A stretch of 64,000 nucleotides of DNA, taken from a virus. Taxonomy: Duplodnaviria > Caudoviricetes. The DNA is taken from positions 118,850 to 182,849 of IMG/VR virus record IMGVR_UViG_3300020576_004755; one strand, given 5' to 3'. Shown here piece after piece: positions 20,095-30,615 of the stretch (position 1 is its first letter; each line of letters starts with the position of its first letter). The notes beneath the pieces were generated by a model. That model had not been told where the DNA came from. It saw only the letters and a list, made by a program, of their open reading frames with translations, and searched no databases. Position numbers and translations under genes: made by a program.

Positions 20095-20946
20095 TTACTT
20101 GTTGCTATGCCTGAAAGCATAATCACGGTCTAGCATATCACCAATTTCACGCTTCATTGCTGTTATTGCCTTGTAAACGTCATATGGCATATCTGGATTT
20201 TGATTATATGACTTTTGAATTGACTTTTTCTCCGGTGAGAACAAGGAGTTGCCATCGAAGTTGCATTCATATACTTTCCATCCACAGAAGAATTCTGAAT
20301 CAACGTTCTTTGATAGTCTAACTTCATCTTCTTCTGTGATTACGTCAGGAATTAGAAGACCTAACCTTGCATCTTCTATTCTCTTGCTGAGACTGAACTT
20401 GTCAGAGACGTTTTCGATGTATAGGCTGAGTTCACTTTTTGTTGTTGATGATGATGCAGATGTTTTGGCACTAGGATTGATAGCTTGAAACAGAGTGAAC
20501 TCTAGCAAACCTTCTCTCACTCTGATCAAGTTATCCCACGAATCATAGATGAATGTATTCATAACAGGAATATATGGAGCCCAGACATATCCAGAAGTTA
20601 ACATGTTGCTGGTACCTGTGCCTGTGTATTGCAACGACGTTGTGGCACTACTTGCTGTTATCGAAAGTGGGGTGTTTGCGTTGATAGTGATTGATGCTGT
20701 GCCTGTTCTAGTTGCTGGAAGGGTGATTGTGTTCGTAGTGACGCTACTTGTAGTGACGCTATTTGGATTTACCGTTGACCACCAAGGATTAGACGCAGAC
20801 ATATTTGTTGGCATCGGTGTTGTTACAACGCTTTGTACTTTTCCAATGTTGTCAACTCGTTTATCTATTACAACATGCCAAAAAGCTCTCTGACCGTTTA
20901 ACAGTCCTCCATGAAGTCCTTTTGCTATAGATTTCCTTATTCCCAT
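20095..20946 (-). CDS. MTIR-tag family protein (MGIR) with Ser/Thr-rich linker and capsid-like peptide
   Basis: MGIRKS; LTSGYVWAPYIPV. Confidence 0.75.
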   Translation of the reverse strand: MGIRKSIAKGLHGGLLNGQRAFWHVVIDKRVDNIGKVQSVVTTPMPTNMSASNPWWSTVNPNSVTTSSVTTNTITLPATRTGTASITINANTPLSITASSATTSLQYTGTGTSNMLTSGYVWAPYIPVMNTFIYDSWDNLIRVREGLLEFTLFQAINPSAKTSASSSTTKSELSLYIENVSDKFSLSKRIEDARLGLLIPDVITEEDEVRLSKNVDSEFFCGWKVYECNFDGNSLFSPEKKSIQKSYNQNPDMPYDVYKAITAMKREIGDMLDRDYAFRHSNK

Positions 20947-20975
20947 AATGACGACACCCTCCCCTTGCTCTTTTT

Positions 20976-22079
20976 TCAGTTATTGTGAGTATCAGTGTAC
21001 GGGAATGCCTTTAGCTCGTATTGAATGGAATTGCTAAATGGAGAACTTGTCTCTGTGCGACATACAACAATGTAGTGTTCGCTGCCGTCTACTTGTTCAT
21101 TTACTGTACGAACTTCTGAATAAGACTCAATGGAAGCGGAACGTGATCCGGTCTGAGACTTGCAGAAGTTTGTAATTCTCTGTTCTTTATGAACTGCATC
21201 GCGAGCCATTTGATTATTGCATGAGCTGATTCCAGAAACAGCAAATCCAATCAAAATACCTATGAGTGCAATCGGAGTCTCGACAATAAGAAACTCTAGT
21301 AGTTCTAGTGTTGCGCTGTATATTTTCTTCAATAGTTCTAGCATGGTTTTTGTTTTCTTCATTCTCAATTATTGTTGTTGCTATTATTGTTAGTTGAGGT
21401 GATTGTGCAGTTTTCGTTTATGAACTCGATGACGTTGTGGCTTCGGTCAATGATGTAGAAGTAATTGCCACGACGCTCGCTGTAGCCAACATAATACGCT
21501 TGATAGCGTCGAACTGACTCTGGACTGCTCATGCATACAGTGTCGTGTCCTTCGCTGTCAAAGTTCATTTGAACCATACGGTGATCGCATGATACGGTGA
21601 TTACATGATTTATTTCTCTGTTATGCTGCCAGGTGTCTTCAACGTTTTTTGCTTCGTAGCGAATAATTCCAACTACGATCAAAAGAATTGCCAAAAAAGT
21701 GCCGAAGATAATGAAAAAGGCAAGCCAGCCAGCTTTTAGCTCATATTCTGTTCCTGTTGAATACCGATATGAATCATAGAAAATGTTTGTTAGCTTTTTC
21801 TTGAATGCTTTGTACTTATCGTTGAGTTTGTCTTTGAATGTTGTCATTTTTTGGTTATTCTTTGTGATAGATTATTGATATCTTGGATTGAAACTCTGGA
21901 AGGGTGTTTGTTGGTTTGCAGGACTCGTTGACATTCAGCTCCAACTTGATATTCTCACGAACACAGATAGCATCAAGTGCTCTCAATGCTTCAATGTCAA
22001 GCTTTCTTTCTTCTGTCAGAAGAAATCTGTTGAATTCCTGTTCTGTTGGAGAAGAAAGAAGCATATGTTTACTTGCCAT
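20976..22079 (-). other. three hypothetical genes, two single-TM (20976-21368, 21365-21847, 21855-22079)
   Basis: abutting ORFs with hydrophobic segments. Confidence 0.6.
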
Positions 22080-22554
22080 TGTTCTTTTCTTTCTCTAGCT
22101 GTTGCCTAATTGCAAATAATTGCTTGGTTAGTGGTCCTTCGTTGTTTGTTGGATCAAACTTCTCAATGCTTCGCTTTCCAAAGCGTTTGTCAAGCATTAG
22201 AAATGCTTTGGTGATATCTCGCCTATCCATTTGCAAAATATCTGCTGGTTTGTTATTTATCCAATGCATCATGCCAACCAAAGCAGAATGAGTATTGTAA
22301 ATGCCATTGTCCCAAGCTTTAGCATTTCTCTCTTCTTTCGAAAGAGTTGGTTCTAGCAATCTAAGCTCATAGACGTATCTATCGAACTTGTTAGAGTTTG
22401 CTTTGAAGATGGTCTTGCCATCAAAATGAATACGAAACTCTGATTCAGAAGAATCATGAGACTTTCTATACTTGGTTAAATGAACCGTGACTATGCCTTT
22501 GACAGATTCGGCAAAGTTTGACTCAACAAGCTTTTTTGTTTTGCTCCAAGTCAT
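22069..22554 (-). CDS. SF0329-like conserved hypothetical protein
   Basis: WSKTKK..E...YRKSHD and LDKRFGKR motifs recalled for this family. Confidence 0.55.
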   Translation of the reverse strand: MTWSKTKKLVESNFAESVKGIVTVHLTKYRKSHDSSESEFRIHFDGKTIFKANSNKFDRYVYELRLLEPTLSKEERNAKAWDNGIYNTHSALVGMMHWINNKPADILQMDRRDITKAFLMLDKRFGKRSIEKFDPTNNEGPLTKQLFAIRQQLEKEKNNGK

Positions 22555-23014
22555 AGCGACTCCAATTTCTCTATTTCTTCATCTGTTAAATCAATGTAAA
22601 ATGTTACCGTTGTTTCGGTTCCACCGAACTCATCGCCAATGGCTCTACCAATCGTTTTCAGAAGCCTCTTACATTCTTTTCTTGCTCTCTCAATAGAAGA
22701 GCCATTCATGTTTGAGACGCCTTTGAATGTGATTCCATCTGGATTAGCGAAGTATTCCATTATCAACCTCAAATATTTGGAAGCAGTCAACTAAAGGAAA
22801 ATAGACAACTTGTCCGACTGAGCAATGATCTAAGTTGCCAACATTTGCTAGAGTGATTGTTAGTACTCCGTTGTTTGTTTCTCGTAGAATCCCTGGATGT
22901 TGACTCCAAAAGTCCACAGCAACTACAGTGCCTTGAATGTCACCATAATGACTATAAGTCGAGGCATCTTTCTTGGCTTTCAGTTTGTCGCCTACTTTTG
23001 GAATGTTCATTTGA

Positions 23015-23218
23015 TCAGCCTCTTGTGATCTTAAAGATGTTTCCTGACGCATCGACATTTAGATTGATTCTGTCAGGACGATAGTCCATTGTGCAAATAA
23101 TGTGTTGACCTTCAACAAAGGTTACTCGACACATGACACCGTGCTCTTTGCAATAAGCTCTGGCATCTGCTTCTGTCATTCCAATGAGTTCTTGTGGATC
23201 GAATTTGTCAATGTTCAT
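23015..23218 (-). CDS. peptidase inhibitor I78 / potato-inhibitor-I-like protein
   Basis: LIGM...CTMDYRPDRINLNVD..G.I..G. Confidence 0.65.
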   Translation of the reverse strand: MNIDKFDPQELIGMTEADARAYCKEHGVMCRVTFVEGQHIICTMDYRPDRINLNVDASGNIFKITRG

Positions 23219-23403
23219 TTTCTGATTGTCTTTCTTTTTGTTGGTCTAGGAGCACCGCAACAGTTGCAAGTATCGTCTTTTGCAGAAAAGCCTTTGTCGT
23301 ATGCTTTACAGTATTCACAGGTTCTCTCACGATTGATTTCTTCAATTGCGCGGAGAGTTGGTTCGATAATATCACGTTGTACGTTGATTGCCATTTGTCT
23401 TTC

Positions 23404-23730
23404 TCACTTTAGTTGATGCATTGGTTCAAGTGGACCACATGGAAGTCCATTGGAAATGAATGTGTCTCTGATAAAGTTTGCTACATCTATGGCAGTAACT
23501 CCAGCAGGCAAGTCCTCGTAGAATGAAAGCTCTTCCACTGTTAACCCTGCTGCGTTGTCGTCACCACCAGAGTCCAAACACACTCTAAACTTATTTTCCG
23601 CTTCTCTAACGGTTTGATGAAGGACCATATTAATATCCTTGTTACATTGGTCAGGAAATACTTCAAATGGATAGCAATCGATGACATTTGTGTGTTCATT
23701 AACCTGTTGGACGCTTACTTTATGTTTCAT
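23404..23730 (-). CDS. hypothetical protein
   Basis: ORF downstream of promoter 23762-23791. Confidence 0.6.
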   Translation of the reverse strand: MKHKVSVQQVNEHTNVIDCYPFEVFPDQCNKDINMVLHQTVREAENKFRVCLDSGGDDNAAGLTVEELSFYEDLPAGVTAIDVANFIRDTFISNGLPCGPLEPMHQLK

Positions 23731-23807
23731 GGCTCTCTTTCAATGTTCTGTTAGTTCTATAACTCTAGCATCCGAGACAAGCCGAATAAACCATAAACCG
23801 GATTTCA

Positions 23808-24065
23808 TCAACGACGACCGCTCATTTTATCAAGCTGCTTGTAATGGAAATCGCTCATGTAAAAACGATGATATGGATTGAAACCAACAACGCATGATTC
23901 ATAGTTCAGAATCAATCTATCGTGCCGGTGCTTAGAGATCCAACAGAAGTTAACAACATGCTTCTTCAACTCCGCATTATCTATCATCAAGAATCCATTA
24001 AGGTTCTTGGTGTCAAGAATCTGTGTATGCTCGGGGCATAGTTCTGGTTGTCTTCGAATGGTCAT
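23808..24065 (-). CDS. MTIR-tag family protein
   Basis: MTIRRQ. Confidence 0.7.
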   Translation of the reverse strand: MTIRRQPELCPEHTQILDTKNLNGFLMIDNAELKKHVVNFCWISKHRHDRLILNYESCVVGFNPYHRFYMSDFHYKQLDKMSGRR

Positions 24066-24067
24066 AA

Positions 24068-24322
24068 TCAAAAAACAAGTCCTCTTGATATGCTACTGTG
24101 GCTGAAAAGATATTCCTGAAAGACCCTGGTGACATAAATGTTAGCAAATGTGTCAGCTCCAATGCCATTAATTCTTGAATACCATGATCTTGGTTCATTG
24201 TACATTCGATACAATTTAATCCAGTCACAGACCATGACAACGTAGACGTTGGTTTTGTTCTTTGTCCAGTCATAGTCCAGATAGCGATCGACGGTGTAGC
24301 TAAAGGTTTTTCGTATTGCCAT
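24068..24322 (-). CDS. MTIR-tag family protein
   Basis: MAIRKT. Confidence 0.7.
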   Translation of the reverse strand: MAIRKTFSYTVDRYLDYDWTKNKTNVYVVMVCDWIKLYRMYNEPRSWYSRINGIGADTFANIYVTRVFQEYLFSHSSISRGLVF

Positions 24323-24337
24323 TGTTGTTGCTCTGCC

Positions 24338-24835
24338 CTATTCCCAAACTTTGTCTCTGGTAGAAAGAAACTCATGGTGCTCTTCAATAAAGTCATCAAA
24401 GAAATTCAAGAGCCTTGGACCAAGATGCTTCTTATGATGCCTGCCAATTCTACTTCCTGTTATCATTTCAAGTCGAATCGTTGAATCATTAAGCTGCATT
24501 GTCCAGTCCTCAATTTGTTCATCGGTAAGTTCATCCAATGGACTGTCAGAACCTCCTCGGATAAAAGACTTCGTGACTCTCTTGTAAGAGTCTTTGTGTG
24601 CAGAGTATTGGTACTCAATTGTCCCAATGGAATAATTCATTGTTGTTGTCTTCACATCAACAAAGAGATCTATGGGATTCATGGCATATCCATGATGGAT
24701 TGAAGCGTCAAGTTCGTAATAGTAGTAAGGCACAAAGTTAGGATCTGCCTTGGCTAACGCAGTTTCTTCTTCCAAAGATCTTGGAAGCCTGCTTAGCTTC
24801 TTGATATCGAGGTATTTGTTGACTCTGATTGTCAC
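24338..24835 (-). CDS. MTIR-tag family protein (GTG start)
   Basis: GTG ACA ATC AGA; GTGA overlap. Confidence 0.7.
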   Translation of the reverse strand: MTIRVNKYLDIKKLSRLPRSLEEETALAKADPNFVPYYYYELDASIHHGYAMNPIDLFVDVKTTTMNYSIGTIEYQYSAHKDSYKRVTKSFIRGGSDSPLDELTDEQIEDWTMQLNDSTIRLEMITGSRIGRHHKKHLGPRLLNFFDDFIEEHHEFLSTRDKVWE

Positions 24836-25137
24836 GGTGATCGTTTCTTGATTGGAATGTTGTACTGCTCGCACAATGGGTACAAAACAGGCGAAATCAA
24901 GAAGAAGAACAATTCAGGAGAGATTCGTATGTCTGAGAATTCCGTCAAATTATACTTTCTTGAACATGGATTGCCCATTGTACCATCAGAAACAATGTGT
25001 GCTGTTGTTGACACGGTTTCTTTGGTATACATTCGACTGGTATGGATATATGAGTGATACCCGAACGTTAGACGAGGTTTGTTCTTCATCGTTCTTGCGA
25101 CACGACGATTGGATAGAAATGTGGTTCGAATGGTCAT
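24832..25137 (-). CDS. MTIR-tag family protein, paralog of 25148..25462
   Basis: MTIRTTF; GYHS and LCEQYNI shared. Confidence 0.75.
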   Translation of the reverse strand: MTIRTTFLSNRRVARTMKNKPRLTFGYHSYIHTSRMYTKETVSTTAHIVSDGTMGNPCSRKYNLTEFSDIRISPELFFFLISPVLYPLCEQYNIPIKKRSP

Positions 25138-25147
25138 GAAGCTTTTC

Positions 25148-25462
25148 TCAGTAGTCTAACCTGATGTTGTATTGCTCACAGAGCTTTTGAAGCTCTGGCT
25201 TCAAGAAACTGTTAAACATAACGTGTCCAACTCGATATTGGAATAGTTCATTGTCAATAGATCTTGTCAACTGCTTATTGGTTCTTTTTATCGGAATAAT
25301 ATAGCAAGTTTTGCTAGAGTGGTTGTTCTTGGTGTGAAGTTCTTCCTGCAAGAGAGAGTGATATCCATACGTGATAGCAAAAAATCCATTCTTAGACCAG
25401 TGCTCATTGTACAAAAGTCTTGCTGTTCTTCTTGAAGAGACAAATGTGGTTCTAATTGGCAC
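25148..25462 (-). CDS. MTIR-tag family protein (GTG start, MPIR)
   Basis: GTG CCA ATT AGA; 11-nt overlap. Confidence 0.7.
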   Translation of the reverse strand: MPIRTTFVSSRRTARLLYNEHWSKNGFFAITYGYHSLLQEELHTKNNHSSKTCYIIPIKRTNKQLTRSIDNELFQYRVGHVMFNSFLKPELQKLCEQYNIRLDY

Positions 25463-25886
25463 GCTTTTTATTATCCCTGTTGTAGTCATCAATGAACTGC
25501 TTTGTTTGCCGTTTAAGGAATTTTGAGTCTACAAAAGTGTCATAATGGATCAGACTGGCTAAGTTTATCTTGCGTCGATATCCGCTGTAGTATAGAAAAT
25601 AAGAATCTGTATATTGAATAGGCATTCTTGACGTTGGTGCCCATTCAAGATCGTTAACCATGACATGAGCAATTCTATCAGACAGCCATGAATCAAACAG
25701 ATCTCTCTGTTTTCGATTGAGGAACTTGTCGTATTCGGTGTTCTTGAACCATAGCTTTTTCAAGAATGGAAACACGTAGGCATACGAGAACCAGAATGCA
25801 TAGTAATGAACGAACGATCTGGTTCCAAGACCGATCTTGTTCATGTTGATTAAGCTTTGCGCTGTATTGTTTGATCGAATGGTCAT
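25452..25886 (-). CDS. MTIR-tag family protein
   Basis: internal start MTIRSN. Confidence 0.7.
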   Translation of the reverse strand: MTIRSNNTAQSLINMNKIGLGTRSFVHYYAFWFSYAYVFPFLKKLWFKNTEYDKFLNRKQRDLFDSWLSDRIAHVMVNDLEWAPTSRMPIQYTDSYFLYYSGYRRKINLASLIHYDTFVDSKFLKRQTKQFIDDYNRDNKKRAN

Positions 25887-25896
25887 ATGATTGTAC

Positions 25897-26307
25897 TCAT
25901 ACTGGCATATTCTGTGTATCAATGTCAACTTCTTCCATCATTTTCATAACGGCATCAACAGCAAATCTTCTCTTGTGCTTGTTTGCATAGATGAGCAAGA
26001 GTGCTTCTGTTGTTTCTCTGTAGTCGGCAGCAAAGCTATAAGATGGTCCATGGTTATTGATACCCTTTGTCCAAAGGTCTTCCATGAAGAAACGCCGAGG
26101 ATCATCTGTTGCTTCCATTATGAATCCTGTTACCACGTCAATATAGGCATTTGGAGGCATACGTCGCATTACACGAAACTCATGACCAACTCTTTTGGTC
26201 GGGATATTCCAACGAAATAATGCGCGAGCACGAAACGTAGTGCTGCCATACAAGAAGACGTTATGACGAGCGTCGGATATCTTGTACTTGAAAGTCGTTC
26301 TCATCAT
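25897..26307 (-). CDS. MTIR-array protein, degenerate tag (MMRTTF)
   Basis: ATGA overlap; RTTFK as in other members. Confidence 0.7.
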   Translation of the reverse strand: MMRTTFKYKISDARHNVFLYGSTTFRARALFRWNIPTKRVGHEFRVMRRMPPNAYIDVVTGFIMEATDDPRRFFMEDLWTKGINNHGPSYSFAADYRETTEALLLIYANKHKRRFAVDAVMKMMEEVDIDTQNMPV

Positions 26308-26732
26308 AATGGCTTGATTCTTGGATTGCCATTCTCGTCAACAAGACTTTCTTTCGACAGAGCATGTTCTAGATTGTAATCATAGAGAACCTTGGCAATT
26401 TGGACCAAAGCAGTTGCCGAAGTTGACTTGAGCATTGTTGCAGGGGCGTGGGTTCTCGACATAACGTAACTGTATTCTGACGTCTTCGATGACCAGTTAG
26501 CTCCTACAACTCCTGCAATTGTCATGCTATGCTGACCGCCTCCAATAAGCTTTACATCTTCAAGACTCAGAAGCATATCGGCATGAACAAATGCCAGAGC
26601 ATTAATGTGTGCCAGTTCTTTCTTACCAGGGAAAACGGGAACCTCTTTAAACTTGGCATTCATCGCATCAATGATATTTTCCGGTCCCATGAAACGACTT
26701 ATTATTACTTTGATTGTATGACGCATTGGCAT
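26304..26732 (-). CDS. MTIR-array protein, degenerate tag (MPMRHT)
   Basis: position in array. Confidence 0.7.
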   Translation of the reverse strand: MPMRHTIKVIISRFMGPENIIDAMNAKFKEVPVFPGKKELAHINALAFVHADMLLSLEDVKLIGGGQHSMTIAGVVGANWSSKTSEYSYVMSRTHAPATMLKSTSATALVQIAKVLYDYNLEHALSKESLVDENGNPRIKPL

Positions 26733-26740
26733 AAAAAATA

Positions 26741-27211
26741 TTACTCTTCTTCTTCTGTTTCTGGATATATGGTACCGTAGGTTAAAACATTATCAATGGT
26801 TCTCTTGTACCTCTTGCCGAGAATATCATTCTTTAGATTGCAGAACATAGGAACGAACACTTCTCGTGACCAGACTCTTGAGGACCACAAACAACCCTTT
26901 GCACTTGGCTCCAAGAGAACCTCTGAACGATGAATTCTGAGTTCGTTGTTTTTGTGGTTTATCTTGTTCCAGTCCGTGAACGTTACATGCACCAAGGGAA
27001 CGTTTATCTTGTGAGCGTACTTGTATTGGTTGGGGTTATCAGGAGAATAGGGTTTGCTGCCACGACGTTCGCTTCTAAGGCGCTTCAACTCCTCAGACGA
27101 CCGCTTGTACTGTCCAAAGGTTACAGAGCCTTCTAGGGGATATAGATAAGACCCTTTCTTTGTTGATGATGATGATGACGGCTTCTCATGGAGTAGAATG
27201 CGAATGGTCAT
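26741..27211 (-). CDS. MTIR-tag family protein
   Basis: internal start MTIRIL; ATGA overlap. Confidence 0.7.
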   Translation of the reverse strand: MTIRILLHEKPSSSSSTKKGSYLYPLEGSVTFGQYKRSSEELKRLRSERRGSKPYSPDNPNQYKYAHKINVPLVHVTFTDWNKINHKNNELRIHRSEVLLEPSAKGCLWSSRVWSREVFVPMFCNLKNDILGKRYKRTIDNVLTYGTIYPETEEEE

Positions 27212-27555
27212 TTTCCAAAGATATCCTTTTTCTTTCGCTCTTGAAAGTTTGAAAGAATGGAGCAGATCTCTTTGTGCATGACAATTTCGTTGCTGCACAT
27301 TCCAAATCCGTTTGATTGGCTAGTAACAGTCATTTCAAAGAACTCTTTGTTTTTGCCATCTCTTCCCGTTATTGATATTGACAAGGGCATTGAGATACGT
27401 GCAACGCCCAGGAGCGAATATGTGTTATCGTTCTCAGATTCATATGACCAAAAAACAACATGCCTTACTGAATAAGGATCGGGAGTATGCAGATCCCATG
27501 AAGGGAGCTTAACAGTCTTCATCAAGGGTTTTTCTATGGTTGTTCTGATTGGCAT
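27208..27555 (-). CDS. MTIR-tag family protein (MPIR)
   Basis: internal start MPIRTT. Confidence 0.7.
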   Translation of the reverse strand: MPIRTTIEKPLMKTVKLPSWDLHTPDPYSVRHVVFWSYESENDNTYSLLGVARISMPLSISITGRDGKNKEFFEMTVTSQSNGFGMCSNEIVMHKEICSILSNFQERKKKDIFGK

Positions 27556-27556
27556 G

Positions 27557-27850
27557 TTATCGCTTTGGATTGAACAATCCGACGAAAGGATAGTCTGTGT
27601 TTGGATAGAAAATATGTTGGTTTCTGCTGGCAACAGACTTCTTGAACGAATCAACCTGATTGCGCTGACGCTCTCGCATATTATGATATGCTGCAAGCTT
27701 ACTATAGCCGATCGAAAATCTCACGGAATTGAAGTCGTCCCAATAGAACCTTTTCTCTCTCCCTGCTTGTTGGCGAAGAGTTAGTGAACAAAGGAATATG
27801 TTCACAATAGAAGAGTGTAATTTGGTTATGCTTTCTGTTCTGATTGTCAT
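27557..27850 (-). CDS. MTIR-tag family protein
   Basis: MTIRTE. Confidence 0.7.
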   Translation of the reverse strand: MTIRTESITKLHSSIVNIFLCSLTLRQQAGREKRFYWDDFNSVRFSIGYSKLAAYHNMRERQRNQVDSFKKSVASRNQHIFYPNTDYPFVGLFNPKR

Positions 27851-27906
27851 AGACCTACATCCTACCATTTCAATGGATCCAAATAAAGATATTGATCTAT
27901 TATTCG

Positions 27907-28482
27907 CTATACAATCTCATTTCTCATCCTACGAAGTATTTTGTCCATTCTTTGATGCATATCGATTCTACGAGCAAACTCTTCTTGGGACTTTGCTATG
28001 TCAATTAGCTCTTCTGTTTCTCTGGCAGAAAGAACAAACCTGCTTTTGATTACTATGGTTCTTGTATCAGGGTCAACAGTTATAGCGTTTCTGCTTCTGG
28101 TCTTTAGTTTTTGCCCACCCAACTTCCTTATCTTTTTGGCAGTCATGTAAGTTGTTGCAATCCCTGTACGAGATACTATCGTTTTTGCCAATATATTGCC
28201 TGTGTGTCCAAAAGTGTAGTAAGTCTTGTGGAAATCAAGACTTTGGATTGGATCGGATAGATAGTCCAAAACGTTCGAAACAACAGATGCGCCAGGCTTC
28301 ATACAATCAAACATTGCCTTCCAGCGCAAGACCATTGTTGTTGCTTCCTTTTTTTTGCCAACCCTTGTGTTGATATAGAGACTCTTCGTCATGTTGAAAT
28401 TTCCCCATGGACGATTGAAATATCTCATATGCTTCAAGCCAAGATACATCTTGCCTGTCTTGTGAGTTGTTCGAATTGTCAT
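27907..28482 (-). CDS. MTIR-tag family protein
   Basis: internal start MTIRTT; ATGA overlap. Confidence 0.75.
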   Translation of the reverse strand: MTIRTTHKTGKMYLGLKHMRYFNRPWGNFNMTKSLYINTRVGKKKEATTMVLRWKAMFDCMKPGASVVSNVLDYLSDPIQSLDFHKTYYTFGHTGNILAKTIVSRTGIATTYMTAKKIRKLGGQKLKTRSRNAITVDPDTRTIVIKSRFVLSARETEELIDIAKSQEEFARRIDMHQRMDKILRRMRNEIV

Positions 28483-28793
28483 GGCAATCTTCCTTCTCTC
28501 TCTATTGTGTTGATGAAACTCAAAAGAGTTACATTTCTGTTTTTGAATGAATGCGAGTGAAAGTAAATGGAAGCCAAGTTGTCTTGGTACAGCATTCCAA
28601 TGTGATACCAATACTTCCCTGATTTATAGGGTCTTAGCATTGCTTGTTTGTTGGTGGTGAAGTCCCAACTTGTTGGAGATCCAAACATGGCAAGCGTTAC
28701 GTGAACATAAGGGTTTGAAAGACTCTTGGAGATTCTCTTGCGTTCAGCAGAAGGAGACTTGAATGGCTTGTATTGTCCTGTACGTATTGTCAT
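28479..28793 (-). CDS. MTIR-tag family protein
   Basis: MTIRTG; ATGA overlap. Confidence 0.7.
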   Translation of the reverse strand: MTIRTGQYKPFKSPSAERKRISKSLSNPYVHVTLAMFGSPTSWDFTTNKQAMLRPYKSGKYWYHIGMLYQDNLASIYFHSHSFKNRNVTLLSFINTIEREGRLP

Positions 28794-29065
28794 AGCTGTT
28801 GCTCAGCGATATTGTCCACAGGTTTCATTCCAAGGATTGCACGAGCTTCGTTTCTATGTGCTGTACTCTTCCAAGGGCTTAGATCAAGAGCACCGTAGTT
28901 TTGATCAACGTGTATGACTCTGAGAACAGAACTAACATACATATTGCCATCATAAATACGGAGAAACCTAGACGATTCGTCTGCGTCGATAATGCAAATG
29001 CATAGATTGTCAAAATCCCATGGCATGTATCCTCCCGGTGAGTTTATCTGTCTTCTGATTGCCAT
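28790..29065 (-). CDS. MTIR-tag family protein
   Basis: MAIRRQ. Confidence 0.7.
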   Translation of the reverse strand: MAIRRQINSPGGYMPWDFDNLCICIIDADESSRFLRIYDGNMYVSSVLRVIHVDQNYGALDLSPWKSTAHRNEARAILGMKPVDNIAEQQL

Positions 29066-29085
29066 TGTTTGTTGTTTTCTTTTTT

Positions 29086-29580
29086 CTACTTTTTATGTGC
29101 GCTGCGCGGAACGACAATCTGATTGTAATAGTCGTACGTTATGGAAAATGGAATTTGGCAGCAGTTCTCTTTCAAGAAATCGAGTACATATTTGAACAAC
29201 CTTGAATCCGAGTCAATTCTGTCAATGCCAATCAAGCTATACAGTAGTGCATCATCTGACTGATGAAAACAATAAGCTGCCTCTATAAACGAGCCATATC
29301 GACTAAGACACCTTAGATGAGTTCTATATCTTAGAGAATGAGAATTGGGTTCTGATACCATAAAATGCACAAAGTTACCAGAAGCGTGCTGATACTTTGC
29401 TAAGTCTTGCTTCTCCAGCTTTGTTAGCTCTGGAGTGAACCACATTGCTGTCCTCCACAGATATTTGACTTTGCTAATGAAGGCATGAATCGGCGAGTTC
29501 ACCTTGCTCTTAGGAATGCCAAGGTTGTCAATCACAATCAGATGATTGTTGTCTTTATGGTTTGATACTCGTATTGTCAT
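29086..29580 (-). CDS. MTIR-tag family protein
   Basis: MTIRVS; ATGA overlap. Confidence 0.75.
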   Translation of the reverse strand: MTIRVSNHKDNNHLIVIDNLGIPKSKVNSPIHAFISKVKYLWRTAMWFTPELTKLEKQDLAKYQHASGNFVHFMVSEPNSHSLRYRTHLRCLSRYGSFIEAAYCFHQSDDALLYSLIGIDRIDSDSRLFKYVLDFLKENCCQIPFSITYDYYNQIVVPRSAHKK

Positions 29581-29846
29581 TTGTCCAAATCCCTTCTTGC
29601 TTGTTTCAAGATTGGATCAATAACTCTGAGCTTACAATCTAGACCAAAGAAATCAACAGGAACTCTAGACATTCTGAATTTTAGACCATAGGCGTGTCTG
29701 ATGTTCGTTGTTACTTCGTAATGTATTGAAAAGTTATCGTTTATAGGACCGATGCGCAATCGTCTTATGACATAAGACAGACTCTCCGTACGAAACAATC
29801 TTACAGACTGCTCTGTGTTGATCCAGTCATTATGACGGATGGTCAT
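29577..29846 (-). CDS. MTIR-tag family protein
   Basis: MTIRHN; ATGA overlap. Confidence 0.7.
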   Translation of the reverse strand: MTIRHNDWINTEQSVRLFRTESLSYVIRRLRIGPINDNFSIHYEVTTNIRHAYGLKFRMSRVPVDFFGLDCKLRVIDPILKQARRDLDK

Positions 29847-30247
29847 AGCTTCTCACCACACTCCATCTTTCTCCACAGCTTGATTGCATGTTGATTGGCA
29901 ATGGAAATGTTGTATTCGGTTACAGTCTCTTGCGAGAGCATCCAAGACTTGTTGACGCGATCATACGAACCAAGTTGAAGTCTGTAGATAACCCAAGCCG
30001 GATCTGTGTTATAGCTCATCCACGCATGAGGAATGTTTGTAGGATTGGGACTAACATTATAGTTGTGAACCTGTGGAGGAGGAGAATGACGAGTTTTATT
30101 CTCACGACAACAGACAATCTTCAACTTGTTCATTTCTTGCATCATGGTGTTCATCGAGGAGCCCCATTTTGTTGGAGATGCTGCCTTTGAGAACTTCATG
30201 TACGAAAAGGGATATTGAATAGCAGGGATTCTTTGTCTAATGGTCAT
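29843..30247 (-). CDS. MTIR-tag family protein
   Basis: MTIRQR; ATGA overlap. Confidence 0.7.
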   Translation of the reverse strand: MTIRQRIPAIQYPFSYMKFSKAASPTKWGSSMNTMMQEMNKLKIVCCRENKTRHSPPPQVHNYNVSPNPTNIPHAWMSYNTDPAWVIYRLQLGSYDRVNKSWMLSQETVTEYNISIANQHAIKLWRKMECGEKL

Positions 30248-30558
30248 AGTTCCCACCATCTTGGTCGTTCTCCAAGCCCATATACAATATAGCTAACGTG
30301 CTCCTCGATGTAATATGGCACAGAATGTGCGTAAGCCGCAGTCATGAATCTTGGAAGCACAGCGGGATCATTTTTTGTGGACGAAAACTTGTTGAGGATT
30401 GCCTCACGATAGGAAATGAATGTGTTCTTTATTGGCAGCTTGGTAAGTGCATCTATTAGCCATGGCTGTGACGATTCCAAAAAGACTGCCATACGCATCT
30501 TTGATGCGTTGTATATTCTTTGTTGCTGTTGCTGTTGCTGTTGTCTTCGAATGGTCAT
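30244..30558 (-). CDS. MTIR-tag family protein with poly-Q
   Basis: MTIRRQQQQQQQQ; promoter 30575-30604. Confidence 0.7.
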   Translation of the reverse strand: MTIRRQQQQQQQQRIYNASKMRMAVFLESSQPWLIDALTKLPIKNTFISYREAILNKFSSTKNDPAVLPRFMTAAYAHSVPYYIEEHVSYIVYGLGERPRWWEL

Positions 30559-30615
30559 AGGGTTTGTAACTCCCATTGTATAGAGAAAGATTCAAACAAT
30601 AAACATAACCAAACA

